Positions 36,487 to 48,474 of a stretch of DNA of 64,000 bases are shown one piece after another. A program made the position numbers and the translations under genes. The notes below the pieces were generated by a model that was given only the letters and a program-made list of their open reading frames with translations, was not told where the DNA came from and searched no databases. Each line of letters begins with the position of its first letter. Within the stretch, counting starts at the first letter, position 1. The DNA is from Mobula hypostoma (taxonomy: Eukaryota), in contig NC_086114.1 in assembly GCF_963921235.1 (NCBI RefSeq), forward strand, positions 63,922,001 to 63,986,000, read 5' to 3'.

Positions 36487-36873
36487 CCCACAACCTTGTT
36501 GTGGTTTGGAGACTCGTGTGCCTCAAAGACCGGAGAACTATGTTGGCTGGAGTCAAGGCTTTTGCTTTAGCTCTTGGTAGGGCCACCCACGCCAAACAGG
36601 TCAAAGGTTAGAGGGCAGACTAAGAGTGGTCCATCAGTCCTCCAGGCTTGGGAGTTGAGCTCAGGGCTAACAAGGCTGCTGCTGAGGTGGCAATGAAGAA
36701 TCCTACATCTGAGGGTGACAGTGGCATTCCTGAGCCTCCACCTGCAACTTGCACGACTTTCAGTGGCACCGACGGGAAGCTACTGGCTGGCACGATGAAG
36801 GAAACCCTGAACACCATCAGGGACGGAGGAGCTTCACTGCTGCCCTAAACACCAGCAGTGTAAGAGGCAACAA
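36487..36873 (+). mobile_element. Second bipartite RTE-type non-autonomous element, nested in a CR1 3' end
   Basis: ACCTTGTTGTGG..TTGGTAGGGCCACCCA..CAGACTAAGAGTGGTCC 5' motif; 3' end TTCACTGCTGCCCTAAAC; degenerate duplication AGTACAG..CCTTCA.CCC on both sides. Confidence 0.6.
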
Positions 36874-36937
36874 GTACAGGCCCTTCAGCCCATGAAATTG
36901 TGCCCATCTTTTAACCTACTTTAAGATCAATCTAACC

Positions 36938-37129
36938 CAGGGGTGGCCAACCTCTTACATTCCATGTGTCAATTTTTTCACTCAAGAGTTCAAATGCGCC
37001 ATACAACTCTTTTACCCCATTCAATTCTTGTAAAAATATGTTAATATAGAACTCGTGCGTGAAAATATCGCATGTGAACTCGTGCGTGAAAAAATTGACA
37101 CATGGAATGTAAAAGGTTGGCTACCTTTG
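36938..37129. mobile_element. hAT MITE, 192 bp
   Basis: About 43-bp TIRs CAGGGGTGGCCAACC..; 8-bp TSD ATCTAACC at 36930-37 and 37130-37. Confidence 0.9.
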
Positions 37130-39226
37130 ATCTAACCCTTCCCTCCTACATAGCTTTCCTTTTTAAAAAATCATCTATGTGCCTATCTAAGAGCTTCTGA
37201 AACGTCTCCAACCATAGCTATAGACAGCTGCAAATTACCTCATGATTCAACTGAAACCTCTGACTAATCAAGGCTAATACACCAAACATCTTAACAACCC
37301 TATCAACTTAAGGCAACTTTGAGGAAGCTATCAATGTGGATTCTAGATTCCTCCACCCTCCCAAGAATTCTGTTTTCAAATTTGATTTTCCAAACAGAAT
37401 CATTTCACTTCTTGCTAGATTTTACTCCATTTGCCACTTGTCAGCCTGGCTCAGCTTCCTATCAATATCCCCTTGTAACCCACAACAACCTTCTACACAG
37501 TCCACATCACCATCAACCTTTGCATCATGTGCAAACTTACCAACCCGCCCCTGCACTTTCTTATCCAAATCATTTATAAAACTCTCAAAGAGCAGGGGTC
37601 CCAGAACATCAATGTTTGCTGACCGCCTGATAGAATATGCTCCATGTACTACCACCCTCTGTCTTCTTAGAATCTACACAGCTAAGTTTCCCTGGCTCTC
37701 ATACCTCAGGACTTTCTGAATGTGCCTAGCATGGGGAACCTTGGTAGTCAAACACCCTAATGAAATCCACATGCATCACATTCACAGCTTTACCTTCAAT
37801 GTGTTTTGTCACATGCTCAAATAATTGAAGAACCTTCTTAGTAGTGTCCAACTCAAACTAGAATTCTTTTACATTGTATTCAGTACTATTACAAAAATCA
37901 CTACGACAGTTCACTATGAACATTTGTCAAGATACACAGTACTAGATAGTCAAGAGAGGGTTATGGTTCGGGGAATTACTGAATTTTCTTGCTTCAATAA
38001 CTAGTGGAACAAACGTGTGTTTCCAGCACTTTGTATTTCTAATGTTCACTCTTCGGAGGAATGGATTGTCTGAGTTCTGTAGAACATATTAACCTTCTAG
38101 ATTATCAATAATAGGATGGAAGTAACCAACAAGATACATATAGCACACTGACAGCTAAGTTGAAGGGATTCTTTGGACCTGCTAATTAGGAACACTTGTA
38201 AATCTGACCACTGATACATTTGTGGAAGTTGTAGTAAGGCAAGGGTGAAAGATAACTGTGGCAGTGTTCAAACTTAATTACCATTTGACTATACATGAAT
38301 ACCCATGAACATAGCATTCCTTTGGGGCCAAAGTGCAAAACAGAGTCATACAGAGTACATATAAGATAGGAAGTAAACAGACAGTCACACAAAAATAAAT
38401 ACATATAGCTCTAGTCCCTGGGTGACATATCCTGTAAATTGATGGTGCATGGGTGTCATCAGCAAGAACAATCAGTTTTCAGCAGTCTGCAGATGAACAT
38501 GTGCAATCCAGCTGGTCATTCCACCGATTGAACACCTGAGGGCAGCACTGACAGAAGGAGCCAGCCCTCAACCTCATGTGCAGAAAAACGCAGTCAAAGG
38601 AGACCACTGAACTGAGACTGCTGGAGTCAATCTTCCTTACTGCAGACAGTGAGCTGAGAACGACTGTGATAGTGTGGTATCAACCTAGAAGAACATAGCT
38701 TCCCTTTACACAGTACAGAGTGCTGGAGACAGATGAGATAAGAATAACAGAAGGATGTGAAATACATCAACTTGCTTTACTAACTTCAAGATATCATCAG
38801 TTGTCAGCTTGCATTTCTATTGACTTTTAACACATTTATTGTGAACAGCAATTGATCTTGCAAGTAAGGAATTCAAACATATAAAATTTACCAAATCATC
38901 AATATCTGTAACTGTATAAAAATAGGTTTCTGTTCGGACTTCAGAACAGTGTAGGTGACAGGAGCCATGCTGTTCTCCTTGTGCACAAGTAAAATAGAAA
39001 TAATGTTTGAGTTGAGCCCAGTTATTTCATTTTATTATCAGCGACAACATATTCATGGTCTAAACAGCTCTTCAATTTCTCACATTCAAATTCTGCACTT
39101 GTAAATTCATGTACGATTAAATTTGCAGCTGAACTGAACAACACTGAGAAACCATGTAAACAAACACGATTTTAACCACAAACCAGGTTGCCATTCACTG
39201 CACAGAGACATTACACCGGTACCTAC

Positions 39227-39406
39227 TGGTGACAGCTGCCGTATGCCGTGACCCACAGCTAACTCTGCTGATCTCCAGCTCCCCTGGGAGGTCCAAGAGT
39301 GCTGGAAATGCCTGAATTGAGATGAACACATTCATATTTCCCATGGTTGCTTTTTCCGTGGTGGATTTTTGAACCGTGTCACCTGCATCACACAGGATCG
39401 GTGTGC
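39227..39406 (-). CDS. RCCD1: RCCD1 exon 6 (..FISIQAFPALLDLPGELEISRVSCGSRHTAAVT)
   Basis: Matches human FIAVQPFPALLDLP..SCGSRHTAVVT; 180 nt; an alternative in-frame acceptor 24 nt inside is possible. Confidence 0.88.
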
Positions 39407-39897
39407 CTGCACATAAACATTGAGTATTTTCAGCCAAAAACATTCATGCAAACACCAGCCAACACTTACACACTTTGAATACAAGACAATGTACACTGTG
39501 TTACTCAATGCACCAAAACTACAAGTACTAAGTAATGAGGCATTTCTACTGATGTTGCTTCTTCTACACCGGACCCTACCCTGGACATTTGCTCTTCTCC
39601 CCCATCCTACCATTGGGCAGAAGATACAAAAGCCTGAAAGCAGGTACCACCAGACTCAAGGACTGCTTCTATCCGCTGTTATCAGACTCTTGTACAATAA
39701 AATGAACCCTTAAGAACCAGCCTCCGCTCCATGGACACTGCCCACACTTCTTGCTGCCTTAGTAAAGCAGCTGGCAAAAGCAAAGACACTATCCGTCTCG
39801 GGCATTCTCTCTTCTCCCCTTCCCACTGGGCAGAACATACAAAAGCATGAAAGCATGTACCATCAGGTTCAAGGACAAATTCTATCCCACTGTTATT

Positions 39898-41633
39898 GAA
39901 TAATTATTTTGGTTCTGTCTTCACTAAGGAGGACATAAATAATCTTCCAGAAATAGTAAGGGACAGAGGGTCCAGTGAGATGGAGGAACTGAGTGAAATA
40001 CATGTTAGTAGGGAAGTGGTATTAGGTAAATTGAAGGGATTGAAGGCAGATAAATCCCCAGGGCCAGATGGTCTGCATCCCAGAGTGCTTAAGGAAGTAG
40101 CCCAAGAAATAGTGGATGCATTAGTGATAATTTTTCAAAACTCGTTAGATTCTGGACTAGTTCCTGAGGATTGGAGGGTGGCTAATGTAACCCCACTTTT
40201 TAAAAAAGGAGGGAGAGAGAAACCGGGGAATTATAGGCCCGTTAGCCTAACGTCGGTGGTGGGGAAACTGCTGCAGTCAGTTATCAAGGATGTGATAACA
40301 GCACATTTGGAAAGCGGTGAAATGATCAGACAAAGTCAGCATGGATTTGTGAAAGGAAAATCATGTCTGACGAATCTCATAGAATTTTTTGAGGATGTAA
40401 CTAGTAGAGTGGATAGGGGAGAACCAGTGGATGTGGTATATTTGGATTTTCAAAAGGCTTTTGACAAGGTCCCACACAGGAGATTAGTGTGCAAACTTAA
40501 AGCACACGGTATTGGGGGTAAGGTATTGGTGTGGGTGGAGAATTGGTTAGCAGACAGGAAGCAAAGAGTGGGAATAAACGGGACCTTTTCAGAATGGCAG
40601 GCGGTGACTAGTGGGGTACCGCAAGGCTCAGTGCTGGGACCCCAGTTGTTTACAATATATATTAATGACTTGGATGAGGGAATTAAATGCAGCATCTCCA
40701 AGTTTGCGGATGACACGAAGCTGGGTGGCAGTGTTAGCAGTGAGGAGGATGCTAAGAGAATGCAGGGTGACTTGGATAGGTTGGGTGAGTGGGCAAACTC
40801 ATGGCAGATGCAATTTAATGTGGATAAATGTGAAGTTATCCACTTTGGTGGCAAAAATAGGAAAACAGATTATTATCTGAATGGTGGCCGATTAGGAAAA
40901 GGGGAGGTGCAATGAGACCTGGGTGTCATTATACACCAGTCATTGAAAGTGGGCATGCAGGTACAGCAGGCGGTGAAAAAGGCGAACGGTATGCTGGCAT
41001 TTATAGCGAGAGGATTCGAGTACAGGAGCAGGGAGGTACTACTGCAGTTGTACAAGGCCTTGGTGAGACCACACCTGGAGTATTGTGTGCAGTTTTGGTC
41101 CCCTAATCTGAGGAAAGACATCTTTGCCATAGAGGGAGTACAAAGAAGGTTCACCAGATTGATTCCTGGGATGGCAGGTCTTTCATATGAAGAAAGACTG
41201 GATGAACTGGGCTTGTACTCGTTGGAATTTAGAAGATTGAGGGGGGATCTGATTGAAACGTATAAGATCCTAAAGGGATTGGACAGGCTAGATGCGGGAA
41301 GATTGTTCCCGATGTTGGGGAGGTCCAGAACGAGGGGTCACAGTTTGAGGATAGAGGGGAAGCCTTTTAGAACCGAGATTAGGAAAAACTTCTTCACACA
41401 GAGAGTGGTGAATCTGTGGAATTCTCTGCCACAGCAAACTGTTGAGGCCAGTTCATTAGCTATGTTTAAAAGGAAGTTAGATATGGCCCTTGTGGCTACA
41501 GGGGTCAGGGGGTATGGAGGGAAGGCTGGGTTCTGAGTTGGATGATCAGCCATGATCATAATAAATGGCGGTGCAGGCTCGAAGGGCCGAATGGCCTACT
41601 CCTGCACCTATTTTCTATGTTTCTATGTTTCTA
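39898..41633 (+). mobile_element. Very young 5'-truncated CR1 LINE; RT ORF with a single nonsense codon
   Basis: [45 protein letters not shown]; TGA at 40913 (QRDLG to Q*DLG); (TTTCTATG)n tail. Confidence 0.95.
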
Positions 41634-41661
41634 TTAAATGATTCCCTAGTACAATATCATC

Positions 41662-42390
41662 TTCTGGTAAGATGGCAGCGCTGTCAAATGCAGTGGCTTC
41701 TACGGGGCCAACCAAAAGTGTTACCGTCTGTTTTAAATGTACTTTTTATGATCACAAGACCCAGTTGGATATTGAGAACTTAAAGTACTGCAGGCCTACT
41801 CCTTTAGCGAGTTGCTCTGACAAGGAAACTGAAGGAGCTGGACTTGTGTGGATCACGCTGCTGCCTGTGTCAAAGAGGCCTCAGAGTTGGTACACAAAAG
41901 CGATGTGCCTGACAGTGACTGACTGTCTCATTGGCACTTTGTTTTTTAAATCGCAAGACCCTGTTGGACATTGTTAATGTGGAATGCTGCAAGTCCGATT
42001 CACTGATCTATTGGTGGACAGTGGGGGAGCTGCGTGGCCTCAGTTGTAGCGAGGACAAGACCTCAAACGGCAGTGTCGCCAGGAGAACAGGTGGTGTTGG
42101 GGTCGGTGTGTTCCACAGGAGTGCCGGTGGCAGTGTGGTGTGGCATCCATGCTGGAGTCAGTGCTTTGCCCCCAGTGTTCGCTCAGCAGAAGACAAGCCG
42201 TATGGTATTCCGCTGCAACATCATGGACTCAGGAACTTGGACTAATTATTTGGTATGGCTGTATTTTACTGCCATCTTATGTGTGCTATATGTGCTTTGT
42301 GCTGTGGACTGGTGGCCCCCCAAGTAATGCTGTTTTGTTTGGTATATTCCTGGGTATTCACGTATGGTTGAATGACAATTAAACTTGAAC
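41662..42390 (+). mobile_element. Non-coding LINE-derived element (AAGATGGC start, Rex1/L2-like tail); related pieces about 38265-38640 and 50440-50670 (-)
   Basis: Tail TGGTTGAATGACAATTAAACTTGAAC shared with the other copies. Confidence 0.5.
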
Positions 42391-42834
42391 AACAAAACTG
42401 ACTCTCAACTTCACAATCTCCCTCATTATGTCTTTACACCTTATTCTCTACCTGCACTTTTTCTGCTGTAACTGTATTCTGTTATTGTTTTACCTTTAAA
42501 TGCACTGTGTAATGGTTGATCTGTATGAACAGTGTGCAAGACAAGCTTTTCATTGAACCTCACTGTGACAATAATAAACCAATTCCAATCTCTCCTTTAC
42601 GGTCAGTACAATATCAATGGGGAAACATGTGGCTGCTCTACAGAAACACAAGGTCATTGGACACACAGAAGGACACAAATGGCTTAACCGATAGAGAATG
42701 TTGTTGGAACTATAAATTTGCACTTCAGGGTGGCAGGAGAGATTACTATTCTGGGTCATTGAGTGAGTGAGCAAATACATTGCAGGTACAGTAACATGTG
42801 GATAAATGCAAGTTATCCACATGAACGTCCTCAC

Positions 42835-42954
42835 CTTCTCCAGAGAATCCAATGCGTTCAGAAGGCTTCTGATGCTCCTCCCCTGAACACGATCTTGCTG
42901 GCAGACCCAACTGTCCCGACTCATTCCAACCCCACACGTACAGGTCTCCTGAGG
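42835..42954 (-). CDS. RCCD1: RCCD1 exon 5 (ASGDLYVWGWNESGQLGLP...)
   Basis: RCC1 repeat WGWNESGQL, 120 nt. Confidence 0.94.
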
Positions 42955-43651
42955 CTAATCATATTAAAAAATACAAGAACAAAATTTATAACATAGACTG
43001 AGAAACATCTAATGGAGCAGAGGTGTGTTTGAGCATATTTCAGTAAGAGAAATAGCTCCAATATTCCTCCCTTTTATCCCCCTCCCCTACCCACCTTCCC
43101 CATCACCTGCCAGCTTGTACTCTTTCCCCTCCCCTCCCACTTACTTATTCTAGCTTCTGCCCCCTTCCTTTCCAGTCCTGATGCAAATCTCCGTAGATGC
43201 TGTCTGACCCACTGAGTTCCTCCACTTTTGAGTGTGTGCGCTCAAGATTTCCAGCATCGACCCACTCTCTTTCATTCCCCTTGAATCCGACTGCCGAGTT
43301 CCTCCAGCATTTTGTGTGTGTTGCTCTGGATTTCCAGCATTTGCAGAATCTCTTATGTCTTCAACTTTCTTAGTAGTTCAAATTTGGAAGTTCACATTCC
43401 TTATAATTTATTGTATTGCACTGCACTGCTGCCACAAAACAACACCTTTCACAACATATGTTAGTGGTAATAAAACCTGCTTCTGATTATGATTATGGAG
43501 GCAATGAGGAATGTTCTCAATGGTAGAGATAAACTCAATATCCATTGCCTTTGAACTACCAGAGAGTCAACACTGCAGACAATTATGCATGAGAGGAGTA
43601 TCAGGCCCTCTGTTGGTCAGGGTTGACCACGGATGTGGCATCCTAGCTGTC

Positions 43652-44120
43652 TACATGTTGGTGCAGTGCTGTTGATAAAGTATGTAAAAGGGTTAACACT
43701 TCATTAAACAACGGAAACCGCTGATGATCAACAGATGTGCTCATTTTGTTATTCAATGTTGAGCACTATTTCTTTTTGAAGGTAGCCAGCTAGGGCTTCA
43801 GGTTGCTTCTCTCCTTGTGCAGTCATGCATATAGTGAGGACAGTTCCAGTTTGTTTTGTGTATGTGAGGCCATTATGCCTGTTCTGTAATTTGTCTCTCG
43901 GTACTGTCAAGGAATAGATAAGTCTGACTCCAGCTTGGTATGTGTGGGGGATATCTGAACAAATATATCCATTTGTAAGGGGAATTGTGAGTTAGGTGGT
44001 GGATTGGGTGGGAACAGTCACAGGCTGTTCCTATTTGAGCAACTGAGTAAGCCCTGGGTGCTTTGAATAAAGAGTTTGTACTTGGTCTCGGAGTGACTTT
44101 ATCTGGATTCGACTTCCACA
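43652..44120 (+). mobile_element. Putative solo LTR inserted in an RTE-related repeat
   Basis: Interrupts the host repeat; CTGTC at 43647-51 and 44121-25; AATAAA at 44066; ends ...TTCCACA; 5' TG terminus not clean. Confidence 0.45.
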
Positions 44121-44704
44121 CTGTCAGTCAATATGCAAGCCGGGGCAATACGATATGGAGAGCAAACTGTTGCTCCACACAGCTAGTGAATCCAAAAGAA
44201 CGGCAGAGACAGGGAGCTGTAAGTACATGTCTTATGAGTGTAGGTTGAATGAGCTAAGGCTTTTCTCTCTGGAGCAAAACAGGATGAGACATTACTTGAT
44301 AGAGGTGTACAAGATTATAGGAAGCAGAGATCAAGTGGACGGCCAGAGACATTTTCCCAGGCGGAAATGGCTAATATAAGGGGGCAAAATTTTTAAGGTG
44401 ATTGGAGGAAAGTATGGGAGGGATGTCAGAAGTAGTTTTCTTTTTAAAATAGAGAGTGGTGGATGTGTGGAGCACACTGCCGGGGGTGGTGATAGAGGCA
44501 GATACATTTGAGGCATTTAGGATACTCTTAGATAGGCACATGGATGATAGAAAAATGGAGGGCTCTGTGGGAAGGAAGGGTTAAATTGATCATAGGGTAG
44601 GTTCAATGGTCAGCACAACATCATGGGCCTAAAGTCCTGTACTGTGCTTTACTGTTCTATGCTCTATAAAGCAGATTAGGCAGAGGCACAATGTCAGGCC
44701 TTAC

Positions 44705-44826
44705 CACTGGAGCATACAGAATGCCAGGCCCCGGCTGCTAACTCAGTCACCACCAGGCCATGCAACGCCTCCACAATCCGTGGATCTGCTTCATCCTCAA
44801 CACCACCATGTCCTAACTGACCATGT
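44705..44826 (-). CDS. RCCD1: RCCD1 exon 4 ([40 protein letters not shown])
   Basis: RCC1 repeat, 122 nt. Confidence 0.95.
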
Positions 44827-45472
44827 CTGAAACAGGAAGAGCAGGTTGATAAAAAATATCCACAATTACCTTTCCAGCATGGTACATATGAGAGGCTTTA
44901 CAGAGAACCGGCAGCAATAGGAGCAACATTGGTCAATCAGAAGGATGACAGAATGGGTAGATCTTCAGAATGCTTCAAAAGGAGGCAGAAGGCTTCACAC
45001 TAATAACAGTTCATGTAGAAACATTCTCAGTGTAAATCTGAAGTGAAATTGGTACAGAATGGCTATCTTTAGGTTGATTTCATCAAAACAATACAATCTT
45101 GTCTGCCATTTCATCCAATAAGTCACTACTAGTGAAGTCATGATTTGACCATTTTAAGAAAGAGTAAGATGATAATCAAGATTCAGAAAAATCATTAATA
45201 GGTAATAAGTGGAAAAACTCAATCACACAGAGGCTGACTAAACTTGGATTCTCAGCCCAAAATGTCAACTATTGATTTCCCCTCCACAGATGCTGCCCGA
45301 CCTGCTGAACTCCTCCAGCATTTTGTGTGTTGCTCAAGATTTCTAGCTTCTGCAGAACCCCTTGTGTTTGAGGAACTTTACTACAATTATATTCCTTGAC
45401 ATACATCTTCAGCACGGAGCTCATAATTCAGAACAGTTTGGAGGTTTCTCACAACTAAAAAGTAAGCCTTAC

Positions 45473-45629
45473 CGTCCTGCGCCCCAGGAGTACACCGTCC
45501 AGTCACAGGTCAGCAGGAGAGCATGCTCACTGCCAAGTACCAGCTTCCTTGCACCAAGCAGTGGGGGTGACAGTGATTTGTAAAATGGAGGCGTTGTTGT
45601 AATGTAACCACCAGGGATTAATGGAAATG
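45473..45629 (-). CDS. RCCD1: RCCD1 exon 3 (FPLIPGGYITTTPPFYKSLSPP..LVLGSEHALLL..VYSWGAGR)
   Basis: Matches human PFYRPL..LGAEHALLL..VFSWGGGR; 157 nt. Confidence 0.93.
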
Positions 45630-45993
45630 CTGTGGGGGGTGGGGGGTGGGGGGAGAGAGAAAGTACGTAACAATAACAACAAGGAATTCAGCATATGCTC
45701 ATCAGACGAGGCAGGCAGCCAACAGCTTTAAATTCCTGTATGTAACAGACTGGATGAGCAGTCCTGCACCCAGCACATAGATGCAATCATACGGAGTCTT
45801 TATTTCCTCGGGAGGTTAAAGAGGCGTAGGACAATATAACACTAAACTCAACTTTGACCAGGCAGTACATGTGACTTTTTGGGTTGGTTCCCAGATTTGA
45901 AGAACAATCAAGTTCAGAAACACGTTTTAAATTGCAAACAAAAGTGAGAGGTGCTGGGAGAGATTAAGTGACACAAACATTGACAGAGCCACC

Positions 45994-47333
45994 TGTAATG
46001 ATGGGGACTGGGGAGGTGTAGATCGAATGATGCCAGCTGTAATGATGGGGATTGGGGAGGTGTAGATCGAATGATGCCAGCTGTAATGATGGGGATTGGG
46101 GAGGTGTAGATCAGAATGATGCCAGCTGTAATGATGGGGATTGGGGAGGTGTAGATCAGAATGATGCCAGCTGTAATGATGGGGATTGGGGAGGTGTAGA
46201 TCAGAATGACGTCAGCTGTAATGATGGGGATTGGGGAGGTGTAGATCGAATGATGCCAGCTGTAATGATGGGGATTGGGGAGGTGTAGATCGAATGATGT
46301 CAGCTGTAATGATGGGGATTGGGGAGGTGTAGATCGAATGATGCCAGCTGTAATGATGGGGATTGGGGAGGTATTGATCGAATGATGCCAGCTGTAATGA
46401 TGGGGACTGGGGAGGTATTGATCAGAATGATGCCAGCTGTCATGATGGGGATTGGGGAGGTGTAGATCTGAATGATGCCAGCTATAATGATGGGGACTGG
46501 GGAGGTATTGATCAGAATGATGCCAGCTGTAATGATGGGGATTGGGGAGGTGTAGATCGAATGATGTCAGCTGTAGTGATGGGGATTGGGGAGGTATCGA
46601 TCGAATGATGCCAGCCGTAATGATGGGGACTGGGGAGGTGTAGATCGAATGATGCCAGCTGTAATGATGGGGATTGGGGAGGTGTAGATCTGAATGATGC
46701 CAGCTGTAATGATGGGGACTGGGGAGGTGTAGATCAGAATGATGCCAGCTGTAATGATGGGAGTAGGGGAGGTGTAGATCAAATGATGCCAGCTGTAATG
46801 ATGTCCAGAACGAGGGGTCACAGTTTGAGGATAGAGGGGAAGCCTTTTAGGACCGAGATTAGGAAAAACTTCTTCACACAGAGAGTGGTGAATCTGTGGA
46901 ATTCTCTGCCACAGCAAACTGTTGAGGCCAGTTCATTGGCTATGTTTAAGAGGGAGTTAGATATGGCCCTTGTGGCTACAGGGGTCAGGGGGTATGGAGG
47001 GAAGGCTGGGGCGGGGTTCTGAGTTGGATGATCAGCCATGATCATAATAAATGGCGGTGCAGGCTCGAAGGGCCGAATGGCCTACTCCTGCACCTATTTT
47101 CTATGTTTCTATGTTTCTATGTAATGATGGGGATTGGGGAGGTGTAGATCGAATGATGCCAGTTGTAATGATGGGGATTGGGGAGGTGTAGATCGAATGA
47201 TGCCAGCTGTAATGATGGGGATTGGGGAGGTGTAGATCGAATGATGCCAGCTGTAATGATGGGGATTGGGGAGGTATCGATCAGAATGATGCCAACTGTA
47301 ATGATGGGGACTGGGAGGTGTAGATCAGAATGC
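45994..47333. repeat. Minisatellite, 44/45-bp unit TGTAATGATGGGGATTGGGGAGGTGTAGATC(A)GAATGATGCCAGC, about 18 + 5 copies, split by a CR1
   Basis: Direct reading; period 44 between 46021 and 46065. Confidence 0.95.
46804..47119 (+). mobile_element. Young CR1 3' end with 10-bp TSD
   Basis: Nearly identical to 41325-41633; TSD TGTAATGATG at 46794-46803 and 47120-47129. Confidence 0.93.
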
Positions 47334-47514
47334 ATCTATGAAATCTGAAATACTGGAAAAGGAGAAAGAATTAAAACTGAAGGTCACAAACGCATGATAA
47401 AAGCCTGTAAAGAATGTTGATTTTGAAAACATTTTGCTCATTTCTGAGTACAGAAAGCTGCAATGTGCCTCTTTCTAAAGATTAGCTTTATTTGTTACAT
47501 GTACGTCGAAACAG

Positions 47515-48130
47515 AGTGTTGGCATGGTTTCCTCAAGGGAAAATCTTACCTGACAAATTTGTTGGAATTGTTTGAAGAAAGAACAAGCAGGATAGACAAA
47601 GGAGAATCGGTTGATGTTCTGTACTTCGATTTTGAGGAGGCCTTTAACAAGACACCACACGTGTGATTGCTTAACAAGCTACGAGCCCATGGTATTACAG
47701 GAATGATTCTAGCATGGATAAGGCAGCGGCTGATGGCAGGAGGCAAGCAGTGGGAATAAAGGGAGCCTTTTCTGGCCAGCTGCTGGTGACTAGTACAGGG
47801 GTCTGTGTGGGGACTGTTCTGAGGAAGTAGAGAGGCTACAGAAAGACATAGGCAGATTAGATGAATGGGCAAAGAAATGGCAGATGGAATACAGTGTTGG
47901 GAAGTGTATGATCATGCACTTTTGTAGAAGAAATGAAACTGGATGATTTTCTAAATGGAGAGAAAACACAAAAAACTGAGGTGTAAAGGGACTTGGGAGT
48001 CCTTGTGCAGAATTCCTTAAAGGCTAATTTGCAAGTTGAGCCTGTGGTGAGGAAGGCAAATGCAATGTTCACATTCATTTCAAGAGGACTAGAATATAAA
48101 AGCAAGGGTGTAATGTTGAAACTTTATGAG
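47515..48130 (+). mobile_element. CR1 RT fragment
   Basis: HGFLKGKSYLTNLLE, DVLYFDFEEAFNK, DLGVLV. Confidence 0.8.
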
Positions 48131-48237
48131 GCAAGCAATTGCAGCAATATTCAAAAAGAAAAACAAGTGGCAAACACAAAAGAGGTGGAGGAGATGGGAA
48201 AAAATAAGGAAAAAAGCGCTGTTGCAAACAGCCATAC

Positions 48238-48474
48238 CTGCATTTGGTTTCTCTTCCTCCTGCAGGTGCTTCTGCCAAATGACAGCATCTGATGCCTCTC
48301 CAGTACGGCAGAGGCTTGGGATATCCCAACATTCCACCCTGTCCTGCCACAACGTAAGCAGGTATTTCTCAGAGGACAGAATGTCTCTGCATCCTCGCAA
48401 ACCTTGGCTGTTTAGGTACATCTGACGCCATGGAACATCAGCAGCAAACCCCCAGAAATGAATTGACCCATCAT
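48238..48474 (-). CDS. RCCD1: RCCD1 exon 2 (DDGSIHFWGF..GCRDILSSEKYLL..VIWQKHLQEEEKPNA)
   Basis: TTTCCAG/GTATGG, phase 1-1, 237 nt; weak similarity to human RCKDAWASE. Confidence 0.82.

Noticed and set aside
39896-41536. Domesticated RT gene or programmed stop-codon readthrough
   Set aside because: 5'-truncated with no ATG or promoter; the TGA is a typical CpG decay of the QRDLG motif
45994-47333. CRISPR-like regular array / (NDASCNDGDWGGVDQ)n protein
   Set aside because: Contiguous tandem units without unique spacers; eukaryotic intron; mixed 44/45-bp units break the frame
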